DNA of 63,161 bases, filler included, from Olpidium bornovanus S191 (lineage: Eukaryota; Fungi; Olpidiomycota), in the NCBI GenBank assembly GCA_017911155.1. It is 30 parts of 30 records of this genome, joined end to end, with 100 filler letters (N's around TTAATTAATTAA, not from the genome) between each part and the next. Parts side by side here need not be neighbours in the genome. Positions count along the whole stretch, not along the records: positions 12,158 to 13,769 come from JAEFCI010013392.1; positions 13,870 to 15,757 come from JAEFCI010005798.1; positions 15,858 to 18,040 come from JAEFCI010000435.1; positions 18,141 to 20,345 come from JAEFCI010010613.1; positions 20,446 to 23,128 come from JAEFCI010007181.1; 25 more parts are not named here. The stretch is one strand, 5' to 3'. A program made the translations under genes and the position numbers. Under the pieces are notes generated by a model, which was not told the origin of the DNA, made no database searches, and saw nothing but the letters and a program-made list of their open reading frames with translations. This document shows positions 12,058-23,228 of this stretch, one piece after another (position 1 is the first letter of the stretch; the number at the start of each line of letters is the position of its first letter).

Positions 12058-13601
12058 NNNNNNNNNNNNNNNNNNNNNNNNNNNNNNNNNNNNNNNNNNN
12101 NTTAATTAATTAANNNNNNNNNNNNNNNNNNNNNNNNNNNNNNNNNNNNNNNNNNNNCATGACATTGCTGCGAACCGTCTCCTTGGTTGCAGAAAATTCT
12201 TGAGTTGTGAGACCACCGGCGTACTGAGTAGATCGAGCGGCGCGGCGCTTGTACAAGCACCATTGCACTTTTGTATATGATTGGATCAGGCCGACTACGC
12301 GGCAAAGGTAACACCGGCAGTTTGAAGGACGTAACTAGTTTGGAAAACCGATTTGATTTTGGGGGATTCAACAGACAGGTAGCCACCCAGTATTTTAGAT
12401 TCTCGTCGTCCTGTCCTTCTGTGGGCTGTATCCCAGCCTGAAGTATCCGCTTCAAACACGAGCGGCTTCTTCAGATTTTTTTTCCCCATTCTCCCCTTTA
12501 CAACGTAGCATCTTCATTAACGGCGGAGCCGACATCCATCGACGTGAGCGTGGAGATGCGCACAGTCTTAACACGTCTGCGGCACCCAGGAGGAGGATGT
12601 CGAAGAACCGCTTTCTCGTGGTTTCGCCATTGTGGGTGGGCGATGTTTTTGACTGCGGCCGGGCGGGCGGGGCGAAAAGGATCTGCCGCGGGCCCTCTTC
12701 GCGCAAAAAACTGCCGTACGCTTCTTTTTTTTTTTGAAGCGCGACACCTCTGACCCTTTGGCTCCCCGGGCCGCGCGCGAGGCACCGTCTGCCACAGGCA
12801 ACACCAGGCTGCCTCGGTCCATGCCGCCTCGCTGCACCGCCGCCTTCGCCGCGCTCAAGCCTCTCGCGCGAACGAGAGCAGCGGCGCGAGCCGGACATGC
12901 CGCCGCCAACACTGCTACCCAGGCACCCACGGAGCAGCCTGCTGCGCCGCGTGCGACTCTCCCGCCGGCCGCTCCCCGAAGACCGAGCGACAGAGATTCC
13001 CGGCGCGCTGCGGCTGGGAGAGGCGGTTTGCAGGCGAGCGGCCGCGGCGAAATAGACGAAGCGTTACGGACGATGTTGGTACTTGTCCCGACCCAGCGAT
13101 GCCGCTTCCCGTTTCCACCGGACTTGCACATTTGTGCCGGGAAAACTGGGCTACACGTCACTAAGCGAAGACAGTCCGAAACAGGCCCCGGACGTAGAAG
13201 CCTCTTGCGCGCAAAACTTGCTTGGCGGGCTGGTAGGATATTGTTGTTCTTCAAACGTTTGCTTGTCGTTTAGGCTCGACATGCTCAACGGTGGCTTGCT
13301 CGTTGGACACAGGGAGAGGTCCTACCACCAAGAAACGATCAACCAACGGAGACCGCACGAACGGAGCTACCATTAACCGAGACACAACCAACCGAGGCTC
13401 AACCAACCGAGCCGGAATCTTCCGTATGCGCCCCGGGCCTGTCTTCGCCGAGGCCCGCCTCTCACAAACCGCCGCGGTCGGAACCCAGAAAATCCGGGTC
13501 TGCGGACCCGTACCGCCGCTTCCCGGCATCATTTTCTGATCTCCCCGCACGTGGCGTGCACGTCCCCCTGTGGAGAAACGAGGACTACCATTCTCTCCCA
13601 G

Positions 13602-13769
13602 GTCCGTCGACAGTGTGGGGATCGGTCGCCTCCACGGCTTACGACACCGTAACTTCGGATGTCGTGCGACACTACCGTGAAGTAGTTTTGAACAATCTCC
13701 CCTGGGATTTCGACGAGAAGGACGTGTGGGACCTCATTAAGGACTGTGGCCCCGTCGTGCACGTACATG
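13602..13769 (+). CDS. RRM-like domain fragment (internal exon)
   Basis: After a TCTCCCAG acceptor: EVVLNNLPWDFDEKDVWDLIKDCGPVVHVH, resembling RNP2-helix A-beta2 of an RRM. Confidence 0.5.
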
Positions 13770-14036
13770 NNNNNNNNNNNNNNNNNNNNNNNNNNNNNNN
13801 NNNNNNNNNNNNNTTAATTAATTAANNNNNNNNNNNNNNNNNNNNNNNNNNNNNNNNNNNNNNNNNNNNCAATACATTTTGGCAAGTGTTGTCCTTCTCG
13901 ATTGCCTCTTCCCCCCTCACTCACCCCTCGCCCCCTCCACCGCCTCTTCCCCTTCGCCACGCCCGAAAATCCATTCGCGATTCCTTCCCCCCCCCCCCCC
14001 CCCCCCCCCCCTCCCCCCTCTCCCCCCAACGCGCAG

Positions 14037-14834
14037 AGCTGCTTGGTGTACGATCCGGACCAGCGGGCAACCTGCCGGACGCTCACGGAGCACCCGTACT
14101 TCAAATCCGACGGCTTCGGCGAGTGGTTCGATGTGGAGCTCAAGAAGATGTTCGAGCAGGAGCGCGAGAAGGAGTCCGCGGAGCGCGCGCGGCGCAAGAA
14201 GACGAAGAAGCACCACGAAGCGGCCAGGCAGCAGCAGCAGCAGCTGTTGCTGCAGCAGGCGGGGGCCGGCCAGCAGCACTCCTCCTCGCCGAAGTCCCGG
14301 GGCGGCGTCGGGGCGGGAACCGGCGCCGGGGTCGGCGGCGGCGGCGCCGGCAAGGCCGGGCAGGCGGCTCCTCCGCAGCCGCCGTATTACGACGACGGCT
14401 TCTCGAGAACGCCGTCGCCGGCGAACATCATCGCCTCCGGGATGATGATACCGCCGATCCACCACGGGGGGTCTCACGCCGCCGCCGCCGCCTCCTCGAC
14501 CGCCGGAGGTCAGGCGTACGCGAAGGGCGGCGGCGGGGCGGGGGGCGCGGCCGGCCCCGCCGCGGGCGCTGCCGGAATGGGCGTTGGACAGCAGGCCGCG
14601 GCGGTGGCCGGGGCGGCCGGCGGGATGGCCACCGGCACCCCGGTGGTCGGAGGCGGAGCGGCGGGGGGCATAGCCGGCGTCTTTAAAAAAAAGGCCGCCG
14701 CGACCGTGGCCGCGTCGTCGCCGCTCGGCGGCGGCCACCACCACCCCGCCTCGTCGCACATCGGCGGAGCGCAGGGATACCACCAGCCCGTCATGTTTCC
14801 GAAGATAAACATGGCAGGGAGCCAAGGTCAGTAA
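14037..14834 (+). CDS. CDKL-like protein kinase, terminal exon (kinase subdomain XI plus Gln/Gly/Ala-rich tail)
   Basis: After a GCGCAG acceptor: SCLVYDPDQRATCRTLTEHPYFKSDGFGEWFDVELKKM, resembling the CLxxDPxxRxxCxxLLxHPYF..DGF.E.F..EL end of CDKL1-4 kinases. Stop TAA at 14832-14834. Confidence 0.65.
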   Translation, partial: SCLVYDPDQRATCRTLTEHPYFKSDGFGEWFDVELKKMFEQEREKESAERARRKKTKKHHEAARQQQQQLLLQQAGAGQQHSSSPKSRGGVGAGTGAGVGGGGAGKAGQAAPPQPPYYDDGFSRTPSPANIIASGMMIPPIHHGGSHAAAAASSTAGGQAYAKGGGGAGGAAGPAAGAAGMGVGQQAAAVAGAAGGMATGTPVVGGGAAGGIAGVFKKKAAATVAASSPLGGGHHHPASSHIGGAQGYHQPVMFPKINMAGSQGQ

Positions 14835-17800
14835 AGGGGGGCCAAATCCGACGGCGGTAAGGTAGAACGCCAGAAGAAAACTTTTTTAAAAAGGTTTTCA
14901 AAGGCGAAAATTTTAAAAAAAAGCTTCATCGAAAGTTGGAATTTTGCTCATTTTGTGTTGTAAGTTCCGGATGAGCGCGGGTTTGAGAATCTTTGAATGA
15001 ACAGCGGCGGAAAAACAAATGAAAGGCGAAGAAGAAGAAGAAGAAGAAGACATTAGCATTTGCGCGCCTGCCGCGACGAAAACGCCGCTTGCCACCTCCC
15101 TCCCGCCCTTCCCTCCCTTCCCACTCCCACCCCCACCCCATTTCCCCGCAGAAGGTCATTTCTTTTTGTTTGCGCAATCCGATCAAACTTCTCGGGGGAT
15201 AAACATAAAAATAGGAAAACATAAAATATAAACGGCCGCCGAAAAACCGGACGTTCCTCGGAGAGAGAATTCTGTTTTTCACGTTTGGCGGCGAGGGAAG
15301 GGGGTGGAGGGGAGGTGGGAGGGAGTGAATTTGTGAAGGGATAGAACGCACTATCTAGATTTACACCGCACGCGCGGCATCGGCGGTAGGCCCCGCCTAT
15401 TTGAAGCGCGTCTGGAGCCTCACCTTAACAACTCCGAGAACTTTTCCAGACTCCAGATTTAGAACCCAGAATCCAGAGCTAGAACTTGCGAACGAGATTC
15501 TCCAGATCGCGCTGCGCGCAGGTTGCGTAGTTCGCTCGTCACAATGACTACTCGCAAGCGGAAAGACGTTTCACACTGATGCGTTTGAAATGGTGTCCAA
15601 TCTTCCGATCTTGTGTTGCTAGTTCCACTGTTCCTTGCTTGCCGATATAAATCTGCAGCCGGTTGCACAGAATCAATTGTAGCCAAATAATTCCCTGTGC
15701 GCGGCAACACTTCTGTTGATGAAAGCGTGACACTCGACTGTTTGGCTGATCTTCATGNNNNNNNNNNNNNNNNNNNNNNNNNNNNNNNNNNNNNNNNNNN
15801 NTTAATTAATTAANNNNNNNNNNNNNNNNNNNNNNNNNNNNNNNNNNNNNNNNNNNNAAGTAGAAATGGCCTCCACATTCGCAATCCCACCAATTTTCTC
15901 GCGGCTGTCGTGGGGGGGGGGACCTGCCGCACAAACGACATTTTCATCCACGTGTCCGGCACGCGCGACCGGAACATGAGTAGAGGAGATGGGAAGGGAG
16001 GAATTTGGCCTGCGCCGTATTGCCGTCCGAGGGCATTAAGGTGTTTCGGGTGGTCGCGGGCCCGGCAGTCTGCGTTGGTGTGCCCGGCCCCCTGCGAGCA
16101 ACTTCTTTCCGCTGGGCCCGGGTCCGAAGGCACTGATGGCGCCGAGGGCACCCTCCTTTTTTGCGGCAATTTCCGCCTCCATCCGACGTTGGCGGATACC
16201 CGCCCCGTGTTTGGCCACCAGATGCGCGTGCAGCGCGCGCCGAAGGCGCACGGGCGCTGCTTCTTGGTGGGGCGGGGGGCGGGGCGGTCCTTTTCCCGCG
16301 GCGGGGCCGCGGCGCGTTTGGCCGGCATGGCCTGTTCTGTAGAAACGCGAGCGGAACCAGCCAGGTTAGCCCCGATCGACTGATTCGTGTCGAGTGAACC
16401 CCTGACAGAAGGGTCCGAGCGAAAGTCCACGAAGAAGTGGGGGTTCAAGCCTTGGAGCACGGGGCGTACGCAGGAACGCCATGTCAGGTCGCGCTCTTTG
16501 GCAGGGCTCCAACCATCAGCCGCACAATACCGAAGGTAGATTGTTTAATAGCGACCGCGGTACTTATCAAGCTGGTCATCGTGTTAACCAGGGCGCTGCT
16601 TCGAGTTCCTTAAGGTAATGTGTGGCGAGGTCATTGCCAACCGTGCCACCGTGCACGCAAAAGACCGATGCCATCAACTCCTATACTAAATCACCGGCGT
16701 TGACGTCGATACGTTTTTCCCTTTGCAATTTTGGCGGAAACTGCGTACCGTGCTTTTTCATGGAAACGCATCTCAAGCTGCATTTGCATGAACGCTCCAA
16801 TGACATTGTTGGCCGCACGTTCCTCAAAAACCCGAAAAGGGAATCACGTGTATCCAAGGTTTGGTCCATTTTCCCCGTCTAGTAATGCGTGGGACGGGGA
16901 AGACATGAGGGACGAGGTCCGCGGCTGGGACCGATGAGTAGAGTGGGCCCGAGAATGGAAGCCTGCATCTGGTGAGGGCGGGGAAACGAAGGAGTAGTGT
17001 AGTTATCCGGGAAACACGGAAAGGCAGCGGTCGATCGGGTTTCGGCGCCCGTGCGCGGTAACTGTGCATGTGGAAGTGATGGGAAGCGTAGGGGCCGGGG
17101 TCCGCACTCTCACCCAGTCTGACTTCCCTCCCCGCCTGAAAGCAGGCCAGACCTCACCTTCGCGGGTGAGCGGGTCTGTGTGGGGGTGGCGGGGTGCGTG
17201 CCGGCATCGTACGGGCTGGCGGGGGAGGTCGCAAAGACCTTTCCGTCATCGTTTGTCAGGAAGTTCGACTGTGCGGGAGCAAGAGGCGAGGCGGGAGCGG
17301 TTAGCCATCACTAGGACAGGGAAGGTGTCAGACGAAGCAGCCGCGAGTGTGCCTGAGGGGTCGTCTTCGGTGTTTTGGTTCGTTTCAGAGACGCCGTCCG
17401 CGTGGGGGGCGCGTAATGAACGTGGTGCTTCTTCAGGTGTGTCCGCCCATGGCACCAACAGGGCCGATGCGGTTTTCCAGTAGGCTCCGGTTCAGGCGGG
17501 GCTCCTGGGAGCGGACCCCGCGCGTCCCGTGGCCGCGCCTTTCACGGCACCGACGGTACCGTGTGGGGCAGGCAAAGAAAAGCGTGGGGTTGAGCGTTAA
17601 GAGTCGACGGGTCGTTGAGCGGGGCCCGGATGTCAGATAGAAGCAAGAGCCCCCGCCCGCGCCGCCGGGGGTAAGGACGGCCCGGAGGTTTTCCCGGGAT
17701 TACGCGAGCCGGAATCTGGGAAAGGCTCGCGTACGGGAGGAGAAAAAGCAGCCGACGAGAGCGAAGCGTAATTCTCCACCATTTTGTTGGGTGCCATGGT

Positions 17801-18173
17801 CAGCACGTTGTTTGTCGTTCGTTGAGTTCCTTTCCTTGGGGGTGGGGTTGTTTTTGTCCGGGTGAGAAAGGGGCCGAGCTCCCCAAAGCTGGCCAACAGC
17901 CTGGCTGTCACACCAATCCGCATGCCAAACTCGCCCGTACCATATGTGCTGTACGATACAGTGCAATGCTGAGATTCCTGGGAGCTACTGGCACTGCACA
18001 CGTACATCAGACTACCGCCACTGGCGTCCCCTCCAATGGTNNNNNNNNNNNNNNNNNNNNNNNNNNNNNNNNNNNNNNNNNNNNTTAATTAATTAANNNN
18101 NNNNNNNNNNNNNNNNNNNNNNNNNNNNNNNNNNNNNNNNCTTTTTCCCCCCCCCCCCGGGCCCCCCCCCCGG

Positions 18174-18210
<37 letters not shown>

Positions 18211-18837
18211 CCGTCGCGCACACCCCACCCCCCCAACACCCGCGCCCGAAGCTCTTCTCGCAAAACTTTTTTCCTTTTCCCAAAAACCCAAAACGGTTTT
18301 GTTCTTTGAAGGTTTCTTTTCTCTTTTATTTCCCTTGTTTTCGTTTTATTATTTGTTCGAGCGAGTGAGCAGCGGGGACGGGAGGGGGGGGGGATGAAAA
18401 GTGGGGGAAGGGCGGGTCAAGTAATCGGGGGTCCGGATGTTCGAAGTCGTCGTGTGTGGATGGGAGAATGAGGGGGAGGGGGCCGTTGGGGTGGGGCGTG
18501 GGGGGTGGGGGGGGGGGTCAAGAAGCTAAAACTCCTTTCATGTCGATCACCTCTCCCTCCCCGTCTTTCTCCCCTCCTCCTCCCCCGCCCCCCCTTCCGA
18601 CCGCTCCAGGCGTGGCCGACCGGGGCGACTGAACAGGACAGGCGGGGCGGGGAAGGGCGGGGGGGGAGGGGGATCGCAAACCGTGCGCGGGTCGGGGGGA
18701 AGGAGGGAGACGCAGCCGCCCCGGGTCGGGGGGGAGGAGACCGCGGGAGAAGGGTTCTTTTGTCCTGCGCGACTTTTTTTTTTCTTTTTTTTTTCCTTTT
18801 TTATTTCGTTTTTTTTTTATTCTTTTTTTATTCTTTC

Positions 18838-18872
<35 letters not shown>

Positions 18873-18876
18873 CCCC

Positions 18877-18917
<41 letters not shown>

Positions 18918-19017
18918 AAAAAGGTGGAGTACGTAAGCCGACTTCGCGGCGGACTCGAACCGCGGAATTTAGGAAAGGGAAAGAAGGGCTTTGGGGGGGG
19001 GGGGGGAAAGAGGCCCT

Positions 19018-19776
19018 TCATGCGAACAAGCTCTGGAGGTTTTCCCCGGCCGCGGCCGTGTCCCAGTCCCTGTCGAAGATCACGTCGTGCAGCCCGCCGT
19101 TCCAGAGGTACACGTGGGCCTCCAGCGTCTTGGCGCCTCCGCCGCCGCCGCCGCCTTCCTCCGCTTGCACCCGGACCGGCCTCCGCACGTACAGGCCCTC
19201 GCGGACGCCCTCGAACGCGTCGAGCCGGTCCAGGTCCCGCCGGGGGTCGCGCAGCCGGTAGACGACGCCGTCCACCCGGCACGCGCCGCAGGGCGGCGGC
19301 CCGTGCTCGGAGCAGGCCACGGCGCCCGGGTAGTTCCTCCCGCGGAGCCGGTGGCGGCGGTAGCCCGCGAGCGTCGCGCGCGCGACGGAGAGGGGCGGCG
19401 CCGAGCCGCCGAAGAGCCCGGCGAACGGCTCGAAGGAAGCCTCGCACGTCGCCGGAAGGTGCGGCGCGGCGGCGGCGGCGGCGGCGGCGAAGAGGAGGCG
19501 CCGGAACTCCGGCCCCCCCGCCTCCGCCGGGCCGGCCACCGCCGCCAGGTACACCGCCGGAAACTGCAGCGTGCCGTACGCGAAGACGGCGACATCCTCG
19601 CCCCCTGCGCCCCGGCCGTCGCTCCCTTCCCGGCCCTCGGCGCGGTCTCCGGCGTCGGCCCCGCTCGGGGCCGCGGCGTCCGGGTTCGCCGCGCTTCCGG
19701 CGTCCGGAGGGACCCCGTCCGGTGCCGCGCTGCCGCCGCCCGTCGTCGACGGCGCAGTTTCGAGGACCGTCGACAT
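19018..19776 (-). CDS. AIG2-like gamma-glutamylcyclotransferase family protein (single exon)
   Basis: Motifs VFAYGTL, ATLAGYRRHRL....YPGAV, VDGVVY, LDRLDAFEG..Y.R..V.V, AHVYLWN, DWD. Probable start is ATG at 19776 (MSTVLE). Confidence 0.88.
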   Translation of the reverse strand: MSTVLETAPSTTGGGSAAPDGVPPDAGSAANPDAAAPSGADAGDRAEGREGSDGRGAGGEDVAVFAYGTLQFPAVYLAAVAGPAEAGGPEFRRLLFAAAAAAAAPHLPATCEASFEPFAGLFGGSAPPLSVARATLAGYRRHRLRGRNYPGAVACSEHGPPPCGACRVDGVVYRLRDPRRDLDRLDAFEGVREGLYVRRPVRVQAEEGGGGGGGAKTLEAHVYLWNGGLHDVIFDRDWDTAAAGENLQSLFA

Positions 19777-20559
19777 CCGAGGAAGTTGCCTCGGTTGGAA
19801 AGTTGTGGATCTATCTCTCACCTCCGCCCTTTTCCAACCTGAGCGGAGCGTTTTACACCGGTAAATCTTTTGAATTCAGCAGGTACCTGGTGAACAAGCA
19901 ACCTGTTCCGGACCGCGTTCGTCCGGGTTTGCCGCCGTTGGCACTCTCGTGTGATCTTCCTTTTTTTTTTTTTTTTTTTGTCACAGGTATCCCTCGCGGC
20001 GGACGATACTGGTCCCCTCTTTCCCATCGGTTCACGACCCGCGTTTTGAACCGGACGTCGCCAACCCTGTGCCACCCCCGCCTTTTCATTTCGGAGCCGG
20101 CCGGCGCTTCGTCGACCGTGCAGCGCTGCTCTCCAGCAGCCTCTTGATGCCCGCCTTCTTTCTAGCCTGATCCTCTGGGCTCTTCGCCTTGACCTGGTCC
20201 AACGCCAGGGTCCTGCACTTGGACGGTGCCGAAGTCGGGACCGGGGGCTCTGTGTGTGTGGGGGGGGTAGGAGGGAACGCCACCAGGTATCAGTTTGTCT
20301 TATCACGGGGTGCAAAACTTTGAACTGCCTGTGAGAGGAACATGCNNNNNNNNNNNNNNNNNNNNNNNNNNNNNNNNNNNNNNNNNNNNTTAATTAATTA
20401 ANNNNNNNNNNNNNNNNNNNNNNNNNNNNNNNNNNNNNNNNNNNNATTGACAACGGCGACCGCGATGTGAGCTGCATAGCCTAGAAAAGCATATCCGCGT
20501 ACGATGTAGACGAACACCGGCGGTTTAATTCTCAGCACAAAAACTTACTCTGAAACGGC

Positions 20560-22358
20560 ATCATGACTTTCTTGTATGTCCATCAGCAGTTTCAAAATCT
20601 GGACAATGCTGCCGTCATTGTTCCCGTAAATCGCCACGACCATGCCAACAGCGTCCGCTGATGTTATCCACGCTGTGGCAATTCAGAAAGGGCGCTGGTT
20701 GATAATTAACGCACAACTTCCAAGGCTAACACCTCGCACTGAGCTAGGCAAGAGGGAAGAGAAGTGGTGCCAGCCAGACGTACGCCTTACGATTTGCAAG
20801 TACCGACAAAAAAGACGCGACGCCCGTGTTCTCGACTCTTGTCCGCCTTGAGCGTGCTGGCTCTCGGATCGGAATTCGCTCGGGTCCGGCAGCGGCGGCT
20901 CCCGAAAATGCACTGCACAGCGTAAAAGAAGCAGGATGGCGCTCTTGATGACCTCGGCATCTACGGCGCAGCTGTTCTCCGACTGCAACGGTCCGAGGGC
21001 GTCCTCGGCAGATCTGCCGATAAATTCGCACCGGGGTTCAACGAACACGCGCCGGAAAACGTCGCCGGCAGAAGCGATCCGCATTGCCACGCCTTCCGCG
21101 TAGGGCAAGAGGGCCGACATGACGCTTAAGCACGTGTCCTGGGAATAAAGCGCGAGAAGTCAGCCGGCTACGGTACGACATTCCGACGGTAGGGCGCCAT
21201 AAGCGGAGAATCCGGACTCACCAATCTCTCCGGTCCTCCATCCGCCTTGAGGATCCGGTGAAGTATTTCAAGGATTTTGCGGACTGGATAAGCGCTGGTC
21301 TGCCAGCGGATGAACTCGATGAGCTGACCTTCAGTGAACGCGGATGACGTGTGTCAGGGTCAAGGTGCTGGCGATAGATACCGGAAAATAAAATAAGCCA
21401 GCTCGGTTTGTACAACTCTAGAATCAACAGCAGTACCTCGTTTGTACGTCGAAGCACTGTTCCGTACACGCCTTCCAGCTCCCCAGTGAACTCGGAAAGC
21501 TGCGGCTCGTCCTCTTCGCCACCTCTCGGCCGGCCGAAAACAGCGTACGCGTCGCGCGTTTTGATCACGTCAAGACACAGGATGATCCACTGGGTCGTCA
21601 GCGCGCAAGGCAGAGGCTGCACGCCGATATCCAGCCAGCAGGTCACCTCTCGGAGTACGGCGGCGTCCACGGCAGATTTATGTCGCGCAAGCTCCGCGTC
21701 TTTTTCGTCGTCGGCCCGGTCCTCCCGCTCGGAGCGCATACGCTTCAGGTGGTTGTGGTACAGCTCCATGACCAGGATCTTCGCCCGCCGCCGCTCGGCC
21801 GAAACGAGGCGCCGCAGTCCGGTGAGGAGTTCTGCCAGTGCCGAGAGCGACGTTGTCTGCTGCGAGGCGTGATCCGCGTCGTCGCCACCGGCGTTCGGGT
21901 TCGCGCGCAGCACCTGCAGCAGCCGGTCGAGCACATTTTTCGCGCAGTGCGCCACAAAGCGGTCGCCGCTTTCTATGTAGGCGCACTTTTTTTTTTTTGG
22001 GGGGGGGGGGGAGGCGTTGGAGCCCGGCGGCAGACCGGGAGGAAGTAAGTGGCGCGCCGTGAGCCGGGAAAACGCAACCCCGGTGTAAGCGCCAGACGGA
22101 GACGTTCCCTCCCACTTCCCCTTGGCAACATACTGCGGCGGAGGAGGAGGGGGTGGCGGGGGGAGGGAGAAGGGGAGACTCTCTCACATATCTGCGAACG
22201 TCCGCGGCCGCGACGCGCTCCTCCTGCTCTCCTGCTCGCCTCTTTCGTGCTGTTTGCCGCTCCAGACATTCCAGGGCCGAAGTGAGCGAGCGAAGCGTGG
22301 TTTCAGAACCCGCGTGACCAGAGCGCTTTTCGGAAGACGACGGGGGCCGGCTGCGCAT
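20560..22358 (-). CDS. Hypothetical multi-exon alpha-helical protein
   Basis: Three consecutive same-strand ORF blocks (about 22358-22100, 21972-21230, 21150-20830) with coding-like bias and amphipathic sequence (LDRLLQVLR, LSALAELLTGLRRL, LLLILELYKPSW). Exact splice sites are unresolved and I recognise no family. Confidence 0.5.
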
Positions 22359-23228
22359 GGCGGTCCCGCGTTGTCGTGTTGGCCGGGCAGGGGGGGGGTA
22401 TGCGTGCGTGCGCGAGTGCGGGCGTGTTGTCGAGGTCGCAAGACACCCCGCGCACCGAGCCCGCGCTCTTCGATTCGCCCACCGGACGGCGGCGGATTCC
22501 GAGCCGGCGTGCCCGTTTTTTGGGCGCTTGGCCCGCCTGTTGTACCGCCCCCAGGCCGGCCACCGCGCGCTCCTGTGCTGCTGTCCTGGGCGTAATTTGC
22601 GTTTACTCCCTCTCCGGTCGACCTGTTTGTCCCAGCCAATTTTTCGGTTGACTTCCCCATCGATAGGGGCCACAGCGAGCATGGTGTCCGCCACACGGGG
22701 CGTATGTGCAAGGGCTTTCTCGCGGCCATCGCATAAAACGTATAACCGGTGTCGCGGCCTCGCGCGGCCGCAGTCGCACCACGCCCCCCCGTATCGTGCG
22801 GTCTCGCATGTGCTCCGTCTCCTCGGTGGGGTTCAAGAGGGGAGCAGTGTTCCGTAAAGCCCGGGCACTGCATCTCGCGGGCCGCGGCATGCGCGAAAGC
22901 AGCAGTACTGTACCATCGTCGTCTCGTAAGGGCCCACGACCCTTGGCTTGCATCGTTTGTTTGAGCTCGGCCGTCTGTATATTTTTCTAGTTCCCGCCCG
23001 CGGCGTCCCGCCACAGCAGCTTCCCCGCGCCGACGCCGTCCCCCAATTCCCCCCTCCCCCAACTATACGAAATTCGAGACCCTGCGTTGAATTGTCCGAG
23101 GAGAAACTAGACGCGCGGTGGTGCATGGNNNNNNNNNNNNNNNNNNNNNNNNNNNNNNNNNNNNNNNNNNNNTTAATTAATTAANNNNNNNNNNNNNNNN
23201 NNNNNNNNNNNNNNNNNNNNNNNNNNNN

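Noticed and set aside
12158-12455. Coding-like minus-strand fragments (LKRILQAG..; VQWCLYKRRAARSTQYAGG..)
   Set aside because: I recognise no family and could not build a consistent exon junction.
15858-16329. CAFGARCTR (PBZ-like) and ALHAHLVAKH (C2H2-like) motifs on the minus strand
   Set aside because: They are in different frames and I found no in-phase splice that builds a complete finger, so support is insufficient.
18948-18968. GCGG-TTCGAGT-CCGC on the minus strand, resembling a tRNA T-arm/B-box (also GGGTTCGACCC at about 8760)
   Set aside because: There is no A-box, D-arm, anticodon arm or acceptor stem around it.
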